Assembly (NCBI GenBank): GCA_037379345.1
Contig: CM074511.1
Coordinates: 1,612,001-1,676,000, forward strand
DNA: 64,000 nt
Reading direction: 5' to 3'
From: Perna viridis
Taxonomy: Eukaryota
The notes beneath the pieces were generated by a model. That model did not search any database and had not been told where the DNA came from. It saw only the letters and a program-made list of their open reading frames with translations. The translations under genes and the position numbers were made by a program. Below are positions 23,801-38,800 of this stretch, one piece after another. The first letter of the stretch is position 1, and every line of letters starts with the position of its first letter.

Positions 23801-26800
23801 CTCTCTACAAAAATTTATCAACTTTTAAAATTGTATATACTGACACATTAATAGTCTAAATATAAAATAAACACCATACAGTCCAGAACCAATTCACCAG
23901 TCATATAAAGTTATGATCCAATTCAATAGTCATATAAAGTTCTGAGCTAATTCACCATTCATATAAAGTTCTGGGCCAATTCACCAGTCATATTAAGTTT
24001 TTAGTCAATTCACTATTCATATAAAGTTTTGAGCCACTTCACCAGTCACAGTTTTGAGCCACTTCACCAGTCACAGTTTTGAGTCAATTCACCATTCATA
24101 TAAAATTCTGAGCCAATTCACCATTCTTATAAAGTTCTGAACCAATTTACCATTCATATGAAGTTTTGAGCCAATTCACCAGTCATATACATTTCTGAGC
24201 CAATTTACCAATCATGTAAAGTTCTGGGCCAATTCACTAGTCACATAAAGTTCTGAGCCAATTCACCAGTCACATAAAGGTTTGAGCAAATTCACCAGTC
24301 ATATACATTTCTGAGCCAATTTACCAATCATGTAAAGTTCTGGGCCAATTCATTAGTCATATAAAGTTTTGAGCTAATTCACCATTCATATAAAGTTCTG
24401 GACCAATTCACCAGTCATATTAAGTTTTTAGTCAATTCACCATTCATATAAAGTTTTGAGCCACTTCACCAGTCACAGTTTTGAGTCAATTCACCATTCA
24501 TAAAAAATTCTGAGCCAATTCACCATTCATATAAAGTTTTGAGCCAATTCATTAGTCACAGTTTTGAGGAAATTCACCAGTCATATAAAGTTTTGAGCCA
24601 ATTCACCATTTACATAAAGTTCTGAGCATATTCACCATTTATACAAAGTTTTGAGCTAATTCACTAGTCATATAAAGTTCTGAGCCAATTCACCAGTCAT
24701 ATAAAGTTCTGAGCCAATTCACCATTTATACAAAGTTCTATTTTCTTAAGTAAGATGTTACTAAAAGAAATAATGAAAGTCATGAAAAAGATAAAAAAAA
24801 AAAAAAGAAAACATCAGAAGTTTTTTGAATTGCTTACATAGACAGTTTATAAGTAGATAGAGCAGCATTAACTACATGAGGTGGCATATCATCTAACTCT
24901 AATGCTTCAGCATTGATCTCTATCACTAGGTCCTGGAGTCTGTTTAACAACCCAATGTTCTTGTAGTTAAATATAAATACTATTCTACTGAATGGACACT
25001 GAAATAAAATATAGTCTCATAGTATCAAATACATGTATAAAATTCTCACATCATCAAATGCATGTATAAACATCTGATAGCATCAAGTATATGGTACTGA
25101 AAGGCTACCCCATGGTTCATTTTATCAGTTAAATAATTTCAGTATTTGAATATTTTGATTTCAAATATTCACCTCTTTAAATGGCAATAAGAGATTTGTC
25201 TGTTCACAATCAAATAAGTGATGTACACTTTTGTTTAAAAAAATATACAAGGTCACAAAAGAGTTGAATGACTTTACTGAATCACTGAGTATAGCATTAT
25301 AATGTATGTTAAAAATAGTTAAACAGATATAATGTAATATATTTGTTAGACCATACCTCTATAGTGAGTGGATATTCTATCTTGGCTGATACTTTCTCTA
25401 CACTGACTATAGGACAAGCTAATTCAATTTTGACCTTTAACATAGAATGTGACTGGATATATTGTCCTGACACTAAAGGTTTATCAACTGTAATAAAAAA
25501 TAAATATTATGTATTATACAGAGACAAATTATCAATCTGTCAAGTGTGTGTTGGATCATTCTGACAATAAACTAAAACAGCAAATACATACCAAAATGAA
25601 CTAAAGAATTTATTACTAAGCAAGCTCTGGAATGTTAAACCTACCAGATAAATGTGACACAGTAAAACCTAAAACTCTATGTTGCAATGTTTCTGTCAAG
25701 ATGGAGAAGGGTCAAGGTGGTTCAATCTAGAAAGTCTTTTACAAAATAGAAAAGATCAGTGATATTGTCTGATTTTAAGTTCCTCCAAAATAAGACTGTT
25801 TACTCTAATGAAAATTTCCAATTTGTCCAAAAATGTTTAAAAAATTATACCACATAAGATGAATTATTTTCAAATTGAAGGATGATAGGGTTGAAAAACA
25901 AAGCCAATAATATCACTGGAGGTTGAGTGGCCTATGCAGACAAAAATCTAAGCAACAAATACAACCTGGCCCATCAACAGCTCTGGCCATACCAACTATC
26001 TGAACAACAAATACTACCTGGCCCATCAACAGCTCTGGTCATACCAACAATCTGAACAACAAATACTACCTGGCCCATCAACAGCTCTGGCCATACCAAC
26101 AATCTGAACAACAAATACTACCTGGCCCATCAACAGCTTAGGCCATACCAACAATCTGAACAACAAATACTACCTGGCCCATCAACAGCTCTGGTCATAC
26201 CAACAATCTGAACAACAAATACTACCTGGCCCATCAACAGCTCTGGCCATACCAACAATCTGAACAACAAATACTACCTGGCCCATCAACAGCTCTGGCC
26301 ATACCAACAATCTGAACAACAAATACTACCTGGCCCATCAACAGCTCTGGCCATACCAACAATCTGAACAACAAATACTACCTGGCCCATCAACAGCTCT
26401 GGCCATACCAACAATCTGAACAAATACTACCTGGCCCATCAACAGCTCTGGCCATACCAACAATCTGAACAACAAATACTACCTGGCCCATCAACAGCTC
26501 TGGCCATACCAACTATCTGAACAACAAATACTACCTGGCCCATCAACAGCTCTGGTCATACCAACAATCTGAACAACAAATACTACCTGGCCCATCAACA
26601 GCTCTGGCCATACCAACAATCTGAACAACAAATACTACCTGGCCCATCAACAGCTCTGGTCATACCAACAATCTGAACAACAAATACTACCTGGCCCATC
26701 AACAGCTCTGGCCATACCAACAATCTGAACAACAAATACTACCTGGCCCATCAACAGCTCTGGCCATACCAACAATCTGAACAACAAATACTACCTGGCC

Positions 26801-29800
26801 CATCAACAGCTCTGGCCATACCAACAATCTGAACAACAAATACTACCTGGCCCATCAACAGCTCTGGCCATACCAACAATCTGAACAACAAATACTACCT
26901 GGCCCATCAACAGCTGAGGCCATACCAACTATCTGAACAAATACTACCTGGCCCATCAACAGCTCCGGCCATACCAACGATCTGAACAACAAATACTACC
27001 TGGCCCATCAACAGCTCTGGTCATACCAACAATCTGAAAAACAAATACTACCTGGCCCATCAACAGCTCCGGCCATACCAACAATCTGAACAACAAATAC
27101 TACCTGGCCCATCAACAGCTTTGGCCATACCAACAATCTGAACAACAAATACAACCTGGCCCATCAACAGCTCTGGCCATACCAACTATCTGAACAACAA
27201 ATACTACCTGGCCCATCAACAGCTCCAGCCATACCAACAATCTGAACAAATACTACCTGGCCCATCAACAGCTCCGGCCATACCAACAATCTGAACAAAT
27301 ACTACCTGGCCCATCAACAGCTCTGGTCATACCAACAATCTGAAAAACAAATACTACCTGGCCCATCAACAGCTCCGGCCATACCAACAATCTGAACAAC
27401 AAATACTACCTGGCCCATCAACAGCTCCGGCCATACCAACTATCTTCCCTTCTGATTTTTCTCCACTCAGTATCTCTGGTATAGGACAGTTATGGATTGG
27501 TACTTTGAGATGTAGGTACTGATGTCCTAACAACAACTCAGATAGATCTATCTTAGCCACACCAAATGGATCCCAGGGTTTGTTACGACCAATAAATGGA
27601 TTGTTTACAGTTCTCCTACCTATAAAAACAAATACAATATAGAAGGCAGATTCCAACAATCAACTTATTAGAAATAATTCTCCAATAATAAATGACTCAG
27701 TAATCCATTAATTGTTTGTTGACATGTTTAATATTTTCATTAAAGAATACAAAAAAATCTCTCAGTAACAATAGCAATAATTAATATGATGATGGTAATT
27801 GGTTAATAGAATTTACATACTTGCTACAGTTCCAACATTACTGATTTTTTCATCCTCTAAATCATCACCAAACAAGGATGCTTTAGGTTTACATTCCTCC
27901 CCCTTCCTGTCCCGATCATGTATCTCTATCTCTAAAGCAGGACCATTTAAGTATTCTCGTAGTTCTGAAGGTTCTATTGTACCTTAAATCAAAACATATA
28001 AAAACATCAATCAATTTTAAAATCTAAGGTCTTTTTATAATGTAATCTTTACATTCAAAATCAGTTAATTACTTGAAACTGCAAGAACTTACTGATATAA
28101 CTTTTGGGCTAAAAAAAATTACAGACCACAAACATTAAGTAAATACCTGCTAACACAACATTGATATCATCCCAGTACAGGTTCCTGCCATGTTCTCTTC
28201 CTACACTAATGTGTTCTGGCTGTTTGTAAAACTTATATTTACAGAATACTGGGTTACATCTAGTTAAAATAATAATAATCAATTTACAAGACAAAACAAG
28301 ATGAAAAAATATACTTGATGATGAAGTATGGAGTGACATTTATATTTACTTCCTTTTAAATAGCACATTCACATGGATTCACATAATCTTAAATATGAAT
28401 AATTAAAATGTATTTATTCCAGTGATAAACTATTTTAGCACCCAATTGTAAGAAAAAAGTTTCATTTTACTTGTTGACACATTATGGGAGATAACTCCTG
28501 CTTACCTGAGATGCAGGTCATCAAATGATAATGGAAAGTCTGGCATATTCTTTGCTGATGAAATTTTGAATATAAGTGGATTTAGTTCTTGTCGTTGTTC
28601 TTCATTCATTAAGGGTGCATTTATCTCTACAGTAACAAAGCAATCCTCGACACCCTGGACAGGGTTCTCTAATCTGTTGGTAATAGTCTTCATTCCTGAA
28701 AAACACAGAAACCACAGAGCACCTGTAATATTTGACACAGACCCTTTAGAGCACCTGTTGTCACTGAAACAGCACTATCAGAACATCTGAAGTTATAAAA
28801 AACAGAACCCATAAAACACCTGTATTTATTAACATAGAACACATATAGCACCTGCAGTAATTATCACAGAACACATGAAGCACTTGAAGTTATAAACATA
28901 GAACCCATAAAACGCATGTAGTTATTGACACTGAACACATAGAGCATCTGCAGTTATTGACATAGAACACATGAAGCACCTAATGTTATGAACAAAGACC
29001 CCATAAAACACCTGAAGTTATGAACAAAGAACCCGTAGAACACATGAAGCTATTGACATAGAACACATACAGTACCTGTAGTTATTGACACAGAACACAA
29101 AGAGCACCTGCAGTTATGAACACAGAATCCATAGAACACCAGTAGTTATTGACATGGAACACCTAGAGCACCTTTGGTTATTGCCATGGAACACCTAGAA
29201 CACATGTTGTTACAGACATAGCATTTCCAAAGTCTACAGTTCTTAATTAGGCTTTAACAATGAAATAACAAAAAAGTGAATATATTCAGAGGTACACATT
29301 ATTATTAAAAAAAATGCAAAATATTTTACTTTTTCATCATCAATGAGTCAGTAAAATGTTTGCTATATGACAGCTAATAACCTGGCTACACTTAATTCTG
29401 TTATGTCTGGTGTTATGATATTAACACTTCCATAACATATGAGATACACACCTGCAAACAGTGTGGACATCTTGATTGGGATCATACAGACACCAAACTG
29501 TTTAGCATGCTCAGCTGCCTCCTTCTGGGCTGCATCCATCTTCTTTGGACGCTTTGGTCTCATTTGTGTCAGCTCTTTATCACCTCCTCTACTAGAACCT
29601 GTAGATTATATCTAAGTCATGATAACAAAAAATATTCAATCTATCAAGTACTGCAACCTCTTTCAAAGTATATCAAATACTGTGGAAGTACATTAATTCA
29701 TGGATACCAAATTTGTGGATAAGGAAAGAAACACAAGTTCATGGATTCTAGAATTCATGGTTTTGAGGTTTTCAGTATACACATCTATGGGAATTTTCTT

Positions 29801-32800
29801 TTTGTTGGGAACCAAATTTCATGGTTTGGTCTACCCAAGAAAACCACGAAAATTGGTACCGCACTAACAATAGTACCTTCACAGTATTATAGTATAGAAG
29901 TCAATACTCTATCATAATAATTTTTTTCAAATGACAATAGATCATTTAAACTACAGTATTGGAGTTGGAGACTAAAATGTGTGTAGGGGGAAAGTCAATC
30001 TATAGGACACTGTTTTTACTGAGTGATTAATAAAAATAATAATTTGTTGTAAATCTTAATATTTGAATATTCTTCAACACTTTCCAATACTTAACCATGA
30101 TAATTGATAAGTTGCAACAAATTAATACTACACACTTTAAAAGAATCTGTTAAAATAATTTCCAGTATATCTCTTAATAAAACCAACCATACGTGTATAT
30201 CTCCATAATTAACTACATCATTATAACTTACCAGGAGTAGTAGATTTTAACCTTTGAGGAGACACTGACAATGCACTAGTTGAACTGCCAGGTTTACTTT
30301 TGGCAGAATCTCTTTTTGGAGATTCCTTCCTTTTTTGTGCCTGTGATTGAGGTGTGCCAGATGAAGCAGCTAATCTTCCAAGTCTACTGAATGAATTCCT
30401 GTAAAAGTCACAAGAAAACAGTAACAGATCACTGTATCAGCATAATGCTTTGGTTGTTGAAAACTAAAAGTAGAAACTTAACATATCAAAACAAAAAAGT
30501 ATGAAGAACTGCCTTCAGAATTGTTGAGAACAAATACAATGTATACAATGCTATGTAAAACAACATAAGATATCCTGACTGTAAGTACTTTGCATACTAC
30601 ATTATTTATTATTACCTTCCATCTTCAATAGCTACACTTGGGACCCCCATCAGCTGTTTTGGAGTTGGTGAACTTCCTCTCCCTGACTTCTGTGACTTCT
30701 TGTCAGATAAATTGTCTTCTCTTGAAATTTCTGTTGCTGGTTCTTAATCAAAGACATATTTTAATTTAATCCATGAAGGCATTTTACATTTTGAAATATC
30801 ATTATTTATATAAGTTTGTTCTCCATAAAAAATGTTTTCAAACAAGAGACTCCCAGAAGCCTGAATCGCTCACCTGATTAAGTTTTCGCCTTTCAAGGGC
30901 AATAACTCTAACAAGAAGTTGTCCGTCAATTTTAACTCCATGAAGGCTTTGGTAGGACTTATCATGAGGATTATTTCATCAATCGAAAGTCTCATTCTAT
31001 CTATTATAGTTTTCAAGATATTGACTGGAAACTGCAAAAAACAATTTTTAACCTTTAAAGGGCAATAACTCTTATATGGAGTTGTCTGACAACTTTGATC
31101 CCTGGAGACTTTTGTAGGCCTTATAATAAGAATCATTTCAGCAAATGAAAGTTGCATTCTGTCAATCATAGTTTTACAGAAATAGGCTGAAAACAGTAAA
31201 AAAAAAGTCATTTTTTCACCTCTCAAGGACAATAACCCTTTTATGGAGTCATCTGACAACTTTGATCCCATCTATACTTTTCTACGCCTTATAAGGATAT
31301 TTCAGCAATTGAAAGATATTGGCCAAACCTAACAGTTATGGAGATATATGCAAAAAACTTCTGTACGACCCCTATGTTCTATTTTCAGTAACAGCAGGGA
31401 TTGAAATTAGTCTGGATATTTGTCTAGACCACAGGACTAGTAGACAAAAAAATTGCGTAGACCTGCAAGCAAGCCACTAGACCTGATTTCATAGATAGCC
31501 TTGATAGAACCCTGAACTGAGTAACACAAGGTGGTTTGTATTTAATAAAAGTAGCAATTTGTTCCATTTTTGTTGTGTTTTTTATTGCTATCAAGTCTGG
31601 ATCCTTTTAGATGTTAATTTTTAAGATAAATGAATGGAACTTTGAAGACAACAGAAAATATTATCATAGAACTTGAAAGGCTGCAAACTTTCCATTGATT
31701 AACTTGTTATTGAAGCCTTATATAGACGTTGACCCAGTGGTTCTGAAATGTTTGGCGCAGCTTCGTCCAGTCATACTCCTTATTTTGTTCTTTTATTTCA
31801 ATGGAGGATCATTTTTAAGGAGTAGGTTTGTCCCCTTTCCAAGTGTCGCCACATGTTTACCTTGGTGTACCTTCATTGGAACTACTTGGATATTTCCCAC
31901 ACTTCAAATACTAACATTTGTGCTACAAGAAAGACAGAAATTCCACTTCGGTTTACATTGACATTGATATATGGAAGAATGTTTGAAGTATGCCTCTCAA
32001 ATTCTTTTAATGTTAAATGACTGGAATTAAGAAATGCCTAATTCTGGGTACATTTCCCGAAAATTCATCTAGACCATCGGACTGGTACAATAAAGTATTT
32101 TGCCAGACCGTGACTGTTTTACCAGACACAAGCTAGTGGACCAACAGTAATTTCGAACCCTGTAACAGTGGTCATGTTTTTTAGCCAATCAAAAATCCAA
32201 ACGGTCATTTTGATAAGGATACCCAAAAAATGAAAAATAAAAAAACAATTTTCATTGAATTCTCTACAGTAGTTTTTGAGAAGAAGATTTTTGAAAGTAA
32301 TAACATCAAAAACAGCAAAAAATGTCCAAAAAGGGCAATAACTCCAACATGGGTCAACAGATTTTTACCAAAATTTGACCACAGATAGATCTCATCATGC
32401 TGAATACTTTTATCCAGTCAGAATTTAGCTAAACCTAATGGTTTTGGAGATATATGCAAAAATCTGCTGTCTGACCCCTATGTTCTATTTTTAGTATTAG
32501 CAGTCATGATTTTTAAGTGATCAAAAATCCAAACAGTCAGTTTGTGCAGGATACTCATCATAAGTTTCATGCAAATCTATTCAGTAGTTTCAGAGGAGAA
32601 GATATTTGAAACTGTTATTGTTAACGACGAAGACGACGGACGCCAAGTGATGGCAACAGCTCACATGGCCTACGGCAAGGTGAGCTAAAAATAGTAACCT
32701 ACCAATTGCTAGACCTTATTAAATTCTCAAGACCTCTTTTTCATCTTATTCTGCTTTCTTAAAAATAGTCATTGTTAAAATCTGCACATTTATTTGTTTA

Positions 32801-35800
32801 CTGATGCACTTGCATATTAATTCTTTACTTAAAAAACTCTGTCTGATTTAGCTTGGCATCGTCATCATAGATAAAACTCCTACCTTCTTTTTTCTTTTGA
32901 ACCATATCAATGTTCGTAAACGAGACTTGTGTTGGTAAAGGACGCATGTCTTTTGACTTCTTCGGTTGCATTTTGTTAAAACTTTTGAACTGTTTGGAAA
33001 CCTTCCCCTTGACACCTTTGTTTTCTACATCACCTAAACAGAAAACCTCCAGTAAAATATATTGTACATAAAACTGTTTTGAGATAAGGATAGATGTTGA
33101 ACTCTTCAAAGTTCATTAAAGTCATATAATGATAGAATTTTGTTACTTCAGAGTATTTTAGGAGAACACATTGTGTTAATCTTTTTATATGACATTGTCA
33201 TGGTGCAAATTAAACTACATCTAATCATACATGTACAACATAAACCAACATAAATAAGTACATAAATGAAGACAAAGGTGTACACAATGAAGTGTAGACA
33301 GAGGTGTACACAACGAAGTGTAGACAGAGGTGTACACGATGGTCACTTTAACATTACACCATTATTATGTGAACATGCAGCTGTGTTCTGGTGAGACAAT
33401 CAAATCACCTTTCCATATAAAACTAAGATAAATAGAAAAAACATACACAGTATGTATTCATTTCTTTAAAATCATTTAAAACATTTCAATTTTTTATCAA
33501 ACACTAAACACAGATTTTCATGCAATAACTTTAGAAAAAATATTCAATCCCATTTCATGAATCAATCAGTGACAAACAATCTTTTCAAAATCAATAGTTT
33601 GACCAAAAAAAGTATAAAAAGTCTTGTACATAATTACTTATAAGTGTCAGTGTTAGGTTCCACTATATAGATAGGTCACTGCAGATAACTTCATGACAAT
33701 TTGTGGAAATAAAGCTAAAGTAAGTTGGCATGGTATAATTGTAAAAAAAAAAAACAAATAAAAAGTGTACCCTTTTCTGCTCAATTGTTCATGATTTTAA
33801 TTCTTAAAGTTCAGGCGAAATTTTGCATTTTTGAAAAACAGCCAGTTGGTACATGGAAGAGAATCTAATCCAGTGAGGGCCTGAATATCTCTGGATAGCT
33901 TATAGCATGCATTTTACACCTCTTTACCTTCAAAAGTATTGCATCTATATATGTATGATTGCTCTACCACCCACAATCATTATTTCCACCAAGTTTCATC
34001 TTTTATTTTTAAGTTTTACAAAATTAGACCGAGTCAGTTTTGTGTATGAAACAGTGCACCTAAATCCCATTTGTATAGTGCAACCTTAATCTAACTTTAG
34101 TATCCTTCCACTGATGTGAAGTTACAGCTTACCAACATAGAATTAAATATAGAACTTTGTACTTACACACTTAGCAAAACAGAAAGGATAAAAACTAATT
34201 ATTTGAGAAACATTTTATATCAATATCTAATACCTCAGATCTCAAGATGACAAGTCCTAAATGTTCAGTTAATGGCACTTCAGATATGAATTGTAGTTAG
34301 TGATCAAAAAATTTATATTCAGAATGCACCTTCCACTATAATGATATCAAATCTATCAAAAAATTCTTGCAACATAAAATTCTGTTTTGTAATACTATTT
34401 TTTTCTCTGGCCACTTGTTCATCAGATTTGTCTTGACAAAAGTGTGTATAACCCAGAAAGTTAGAACATAGTTTATAACTGGTCACAATCTTTTCTTAAT
34501 CAGTTTTTTTTCACCTGGAAGATGTAACAACTTACTAGATCTTGAGGAAGGTAACTTGATTGGTTTATTAAGTCTGTCATTTTTAGCTGTAGGTTTGAGT
34601 TTTTCTTTGATATTCCAGACCCTCATTTCCAGTGTGTGGTCAAACAGCTTCAGTAAAACATCTTTATTTATGTCTATAGTTTGGCTGCAAATAATGAAAA
34701 AAATATTGCGTCATAAATGTGAAGACTCAGTACATTCAAACATTCATGAGGCCATTCAAAGCTAATTTCATGGTTCTAAGGCATTATTTATGAAAACCAA
34801 TGACATTTTGAAGCATGTATTGCCCCAAAAAAATGTTGAAAATACCTTTTAAACCAATAAGTAAAAGCCAGAAAAAATGATGAGGGGTGTGTTTTTTTAG
34901 TTTTAATCTTTTATACATAGCAATAGAAATAGGTAATGAGGCACTCACTGAAGGGACACAGGCCTGAGAACCAAAAAAATATTGTCAGTTGGCCTAAAAA
35001 TCAAAAGGAAAATTGTGAAAAGTTTTAGTTTGTTAACACAAGTTGTAAAATCCTGAACATGTGATGTTTTAACATGTTTCTGGAGTTTTTCCATTATTTA
35101 GACAAAGTAAAGTAATTAGTTTTATATTGATTGAAGAATGTTTTTCCTTCTAATCAACATTCCTTGTTGTGTAGGATTACAAACCTATGAGTCCATGCAA
35201 CCCAAGTAAGATCTCCTTCCTGCCACGTTCTCTCATTCCTGGCAGCATCCGGATATTTAAAGAGTCGGTAGAGAGGGCCATATAATACACAGTCTGTCAT
35301 TGTTTGGTTAGTTCCTGGTAGGACAGAGAATTCTGTATGAAAGTAACCCTGAGGTCGTGACACTTCAAACGTCCGCTTCTTTTTCTTCATTAAATCTTTG
35401 AGATCAGGAACATCTTCATCCTCAACTGAAGAGACAAATATTAATTACACTTTATTCAATACTGTTTAGAATACCAGATCAATAATCTACTGGATATCAG
35501 TTTACATTATGAGCATATCAAATTTCAAAAACAGTGGAGAATTTGATGATTGAGACCAATAAATGTAATTTTTTAATATGTTATATGTTTTGGTGAATAA
35601 TTGATGTATTAGTGAAAAACTATACTCCCTCTAATAAGCTGAAATAAAATAATTTGTAATTAGAAAATGTTCAAATTATTAACCTTACATTCAGTTGATA
35701 ATTTGGTAGGAAAGTTGGGATAGTTGTTTTAGGTAATAGGTGTAATTATTTTATGGAACAGGGATAAGTAACAAAATTATAGAATCAAATTTCTATCACA

Positions 35801-38800
35801 CAAGCAAACCTTTATTTCCAAACACCCTGTTTGTGATTATTTCAAAAGTACGAAGTTTAGTAACTGGCAAAAAATCTCAATAAAGTTAATAAAAACATAA
35901 CAGAAGAGTACTAAAATACTTGTAGCAGTTAAGTATTATATCATTTTGATCTGCAGGTCTAGTGCTTAGCAGTGGACATATTTTATATTTACAAATATAC
36001 ATGTAGATCTATATCCTGCCATGGGTTATTGTATGTTTGGTGATTACCAACATTCCATTATATACTTGGTGTTTAAGAACATTCCATTGTATACTTGGTG
36101 ATAAGGAACATTCCATTGTATACTTGGTGTTTAAGAACATTCCATTGTATACTTGGTGATAAGGAAACATTCCATTGTATACTTGGTGATAAGGGACATT
36201 CCATTGTATACTTGGTGATAAGGAACATTCCATTGTATACTTGGTGTTTAAGAACATTCCATTGTATACTTTGTTATTGTACGCTGTGAATGTACTTTTG
36301 TTAGTAGGGTACCAATTTTAATGGTTTTTGTGGGTGAGCCAGACCATGAAGTTTGGTTCCCAACAAAAAGTAGATTCCCATTGATGTGTATACTGAAAAC
36401 CTCAAAACCACAAATTAAAGAATCCATGAACTTGTGTATCTTCCCTAATCTACGAAAATTGGTATCAATAAATTAAAGTACTTTTACAATACTAGGTGAT
36501 TAGGAACATTTCAATGTATGCTTGGTGATTAGGAACATTCCATTGTATACTTGGTGACTAGGACCAAGCTATTGTATACTTGGTGATTAGGAACAAGCCA
36601 TTCTATACCTGGAGATTTTGATTGTATACCTAGAACATTCCATTGTAAAAAATGTGATTATGAACATTCCACTGTAAACTCTGTGATTATGAACATTCTA
36701 TTGTTTACTTGGTGATTGTGAACATACTGTATACTAATAGTGAATGAATTTATTTTATACATCATGCTCTTGATATCAAAAGTAACTTTTACTAACCATG
36801 CAACATCCAATCATACAATGATAGATAAATGATACATCAATCTTTACAGTCAATTCTATAGAAGAATAACCGTACATTTTAAGAACAACACGGACATGAT
36901 TGTGTGATTGTTCTTTAGTTTTATGTGACACTGAAATAACATGCAACACTTCTTCACTGATGCATTATATATATGATCATGTGACATGCTGACTTAATGT
37001 GTTAAGACATGTCATGCAATATAATGTACCGTCAGATTCCTCCTCACTGCTTGAGTAAAATCCTAAATAAAATAAAAGGGGGATATCTTAACATTGTTTT
37101 CATCAAAAACATTAAATACTGTTATGAAATTATATAGAAACTGCTATAAATTAAATTTAGAAAATAATATATGGAAGGAACATTTAAAACAGTATTGTCT
37201 TAAGTACAAAATATTATGCTTACGTTTTATGTTTCAGATAAATGAGTGAAAAAAGACCCTTCTTTTAATATTTAAAACAATTTTCAAAACATATGAAACT
37301 TATCAACATATATCATCTATTCAAATATTAAACAGTTTTTTAACAAATATTACAGAACAATTGTGTTCACAATGAATAGATAATAGTATGTCATGGTGTT
37401 TAGAGAAACAAAATATATAAGAAAACTCATATTTGCTTTAAAATGATTTTTTCAAACAATATTTTAGAAAAGAATATTCATATGTATGGATGTGCAGTGT
37501 TTTCTAGGAATAACACAATAGTATTTTTGCTACAAGACAACGTAAGTTCTCAAATAAGTTGGCTTGGGCTTGCGATAATGTCAATATGAATCTAACGGGC
37601 GACTACTTAAACACAACAGGTATGTACACTAGTAAATACAACAGGTATGTACACTAGTAAAAACCTGTAACTAAGTCATTTAATAATCATCTGACAAGTA
37701 AAAACAAGTTATTTCTCCAAGAACTGAGTTACAACACATGAAATGTACAGTACAACCATTATGATTCACAAAGTATTTACATTTATAGCAGGGCTAAAAA
37801 CAGGAAATATAACTAATACAGATAAGAAAGTCAAACCAGCTGGTACAACTGGACTTCACCGTGAGAAAGTCAAACCAGCTGGACTTCACTAAGAGAAAGA
37901 ATTGTCTGCAGGAGCAGTGCAATAGAAAACAAGAGAATTTACTGCATTGAAAGTAGACAATAAAAAAAATACAAAATTATTAATAGAGATAATAAATGGT
38001 TGGGATTTTCAATGTGTATTTCGCATGAGATTGTTACCTCAAATTTCCAAAACAGAAAACAAATAATCCATCAAGTCACAAATTCTAGCTCCATTTTGTA
38101 AAGTCTTTCTATCCTATAAACTATAATCTAATTTGCATAAAGTACCAATAAGTTGTATGGTTCTAGAGAAAATATTCACCAATCAATAAACTAGGGCTGA
38201 GAAGATCAATACCCAATCATACAGACATAATAGATGTCAAATAACCACAGCTTCTGATCATGATTTAAATTAAGTCATTATGCCATAAAACATGGTATCA
38301 GAACTGCCAGCAAATAACAAAATTGGTGTTAGAGCAATCAATGGTAGCCACGGAATTTCTATAGACATAAATTGTATCTTACCCACAGAAATAAAGCAGA
38401 AACACATTCACAAGATTACAAGTGTTCAAAACATTAATCAAGTTAGAAACTAGATTTCTTTGTTTGGTTTTGTTTGCCTTTTACATAAACTATTAGGATT
38501 TTTATTGTTTTCAGCTGACACTTTTTGTGATGGCAAATTAGACCAGAATTCAATTTTGCATCAAAATGAATATACAGGCCAAAGTCTTTATATAAGACAA
38601 CATCCAACATATAACCTTCAGCTATTAGTTCCAAAAAGTCATACAGAGTGAACTACCCTTAAGAAAAACTTCAACAAAATTCTACAAAAGATTTGTTAAA
38701 TTTCAGGACTGCTTAGATTTTTCTTACTGACAACTGACTAGAAGATACTAAACACTCTGTCAGCCATTTTTTATCAACAAGAAAGAATTTGAAATTTCTG

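Noticed and set aside
38370-38410. Strong minus-strand donor (GG|GTAAGA) suggesting another CFAP92 exon
   Set aside because: No matching acceptor or coding-like sequence could be identified upstream of it.
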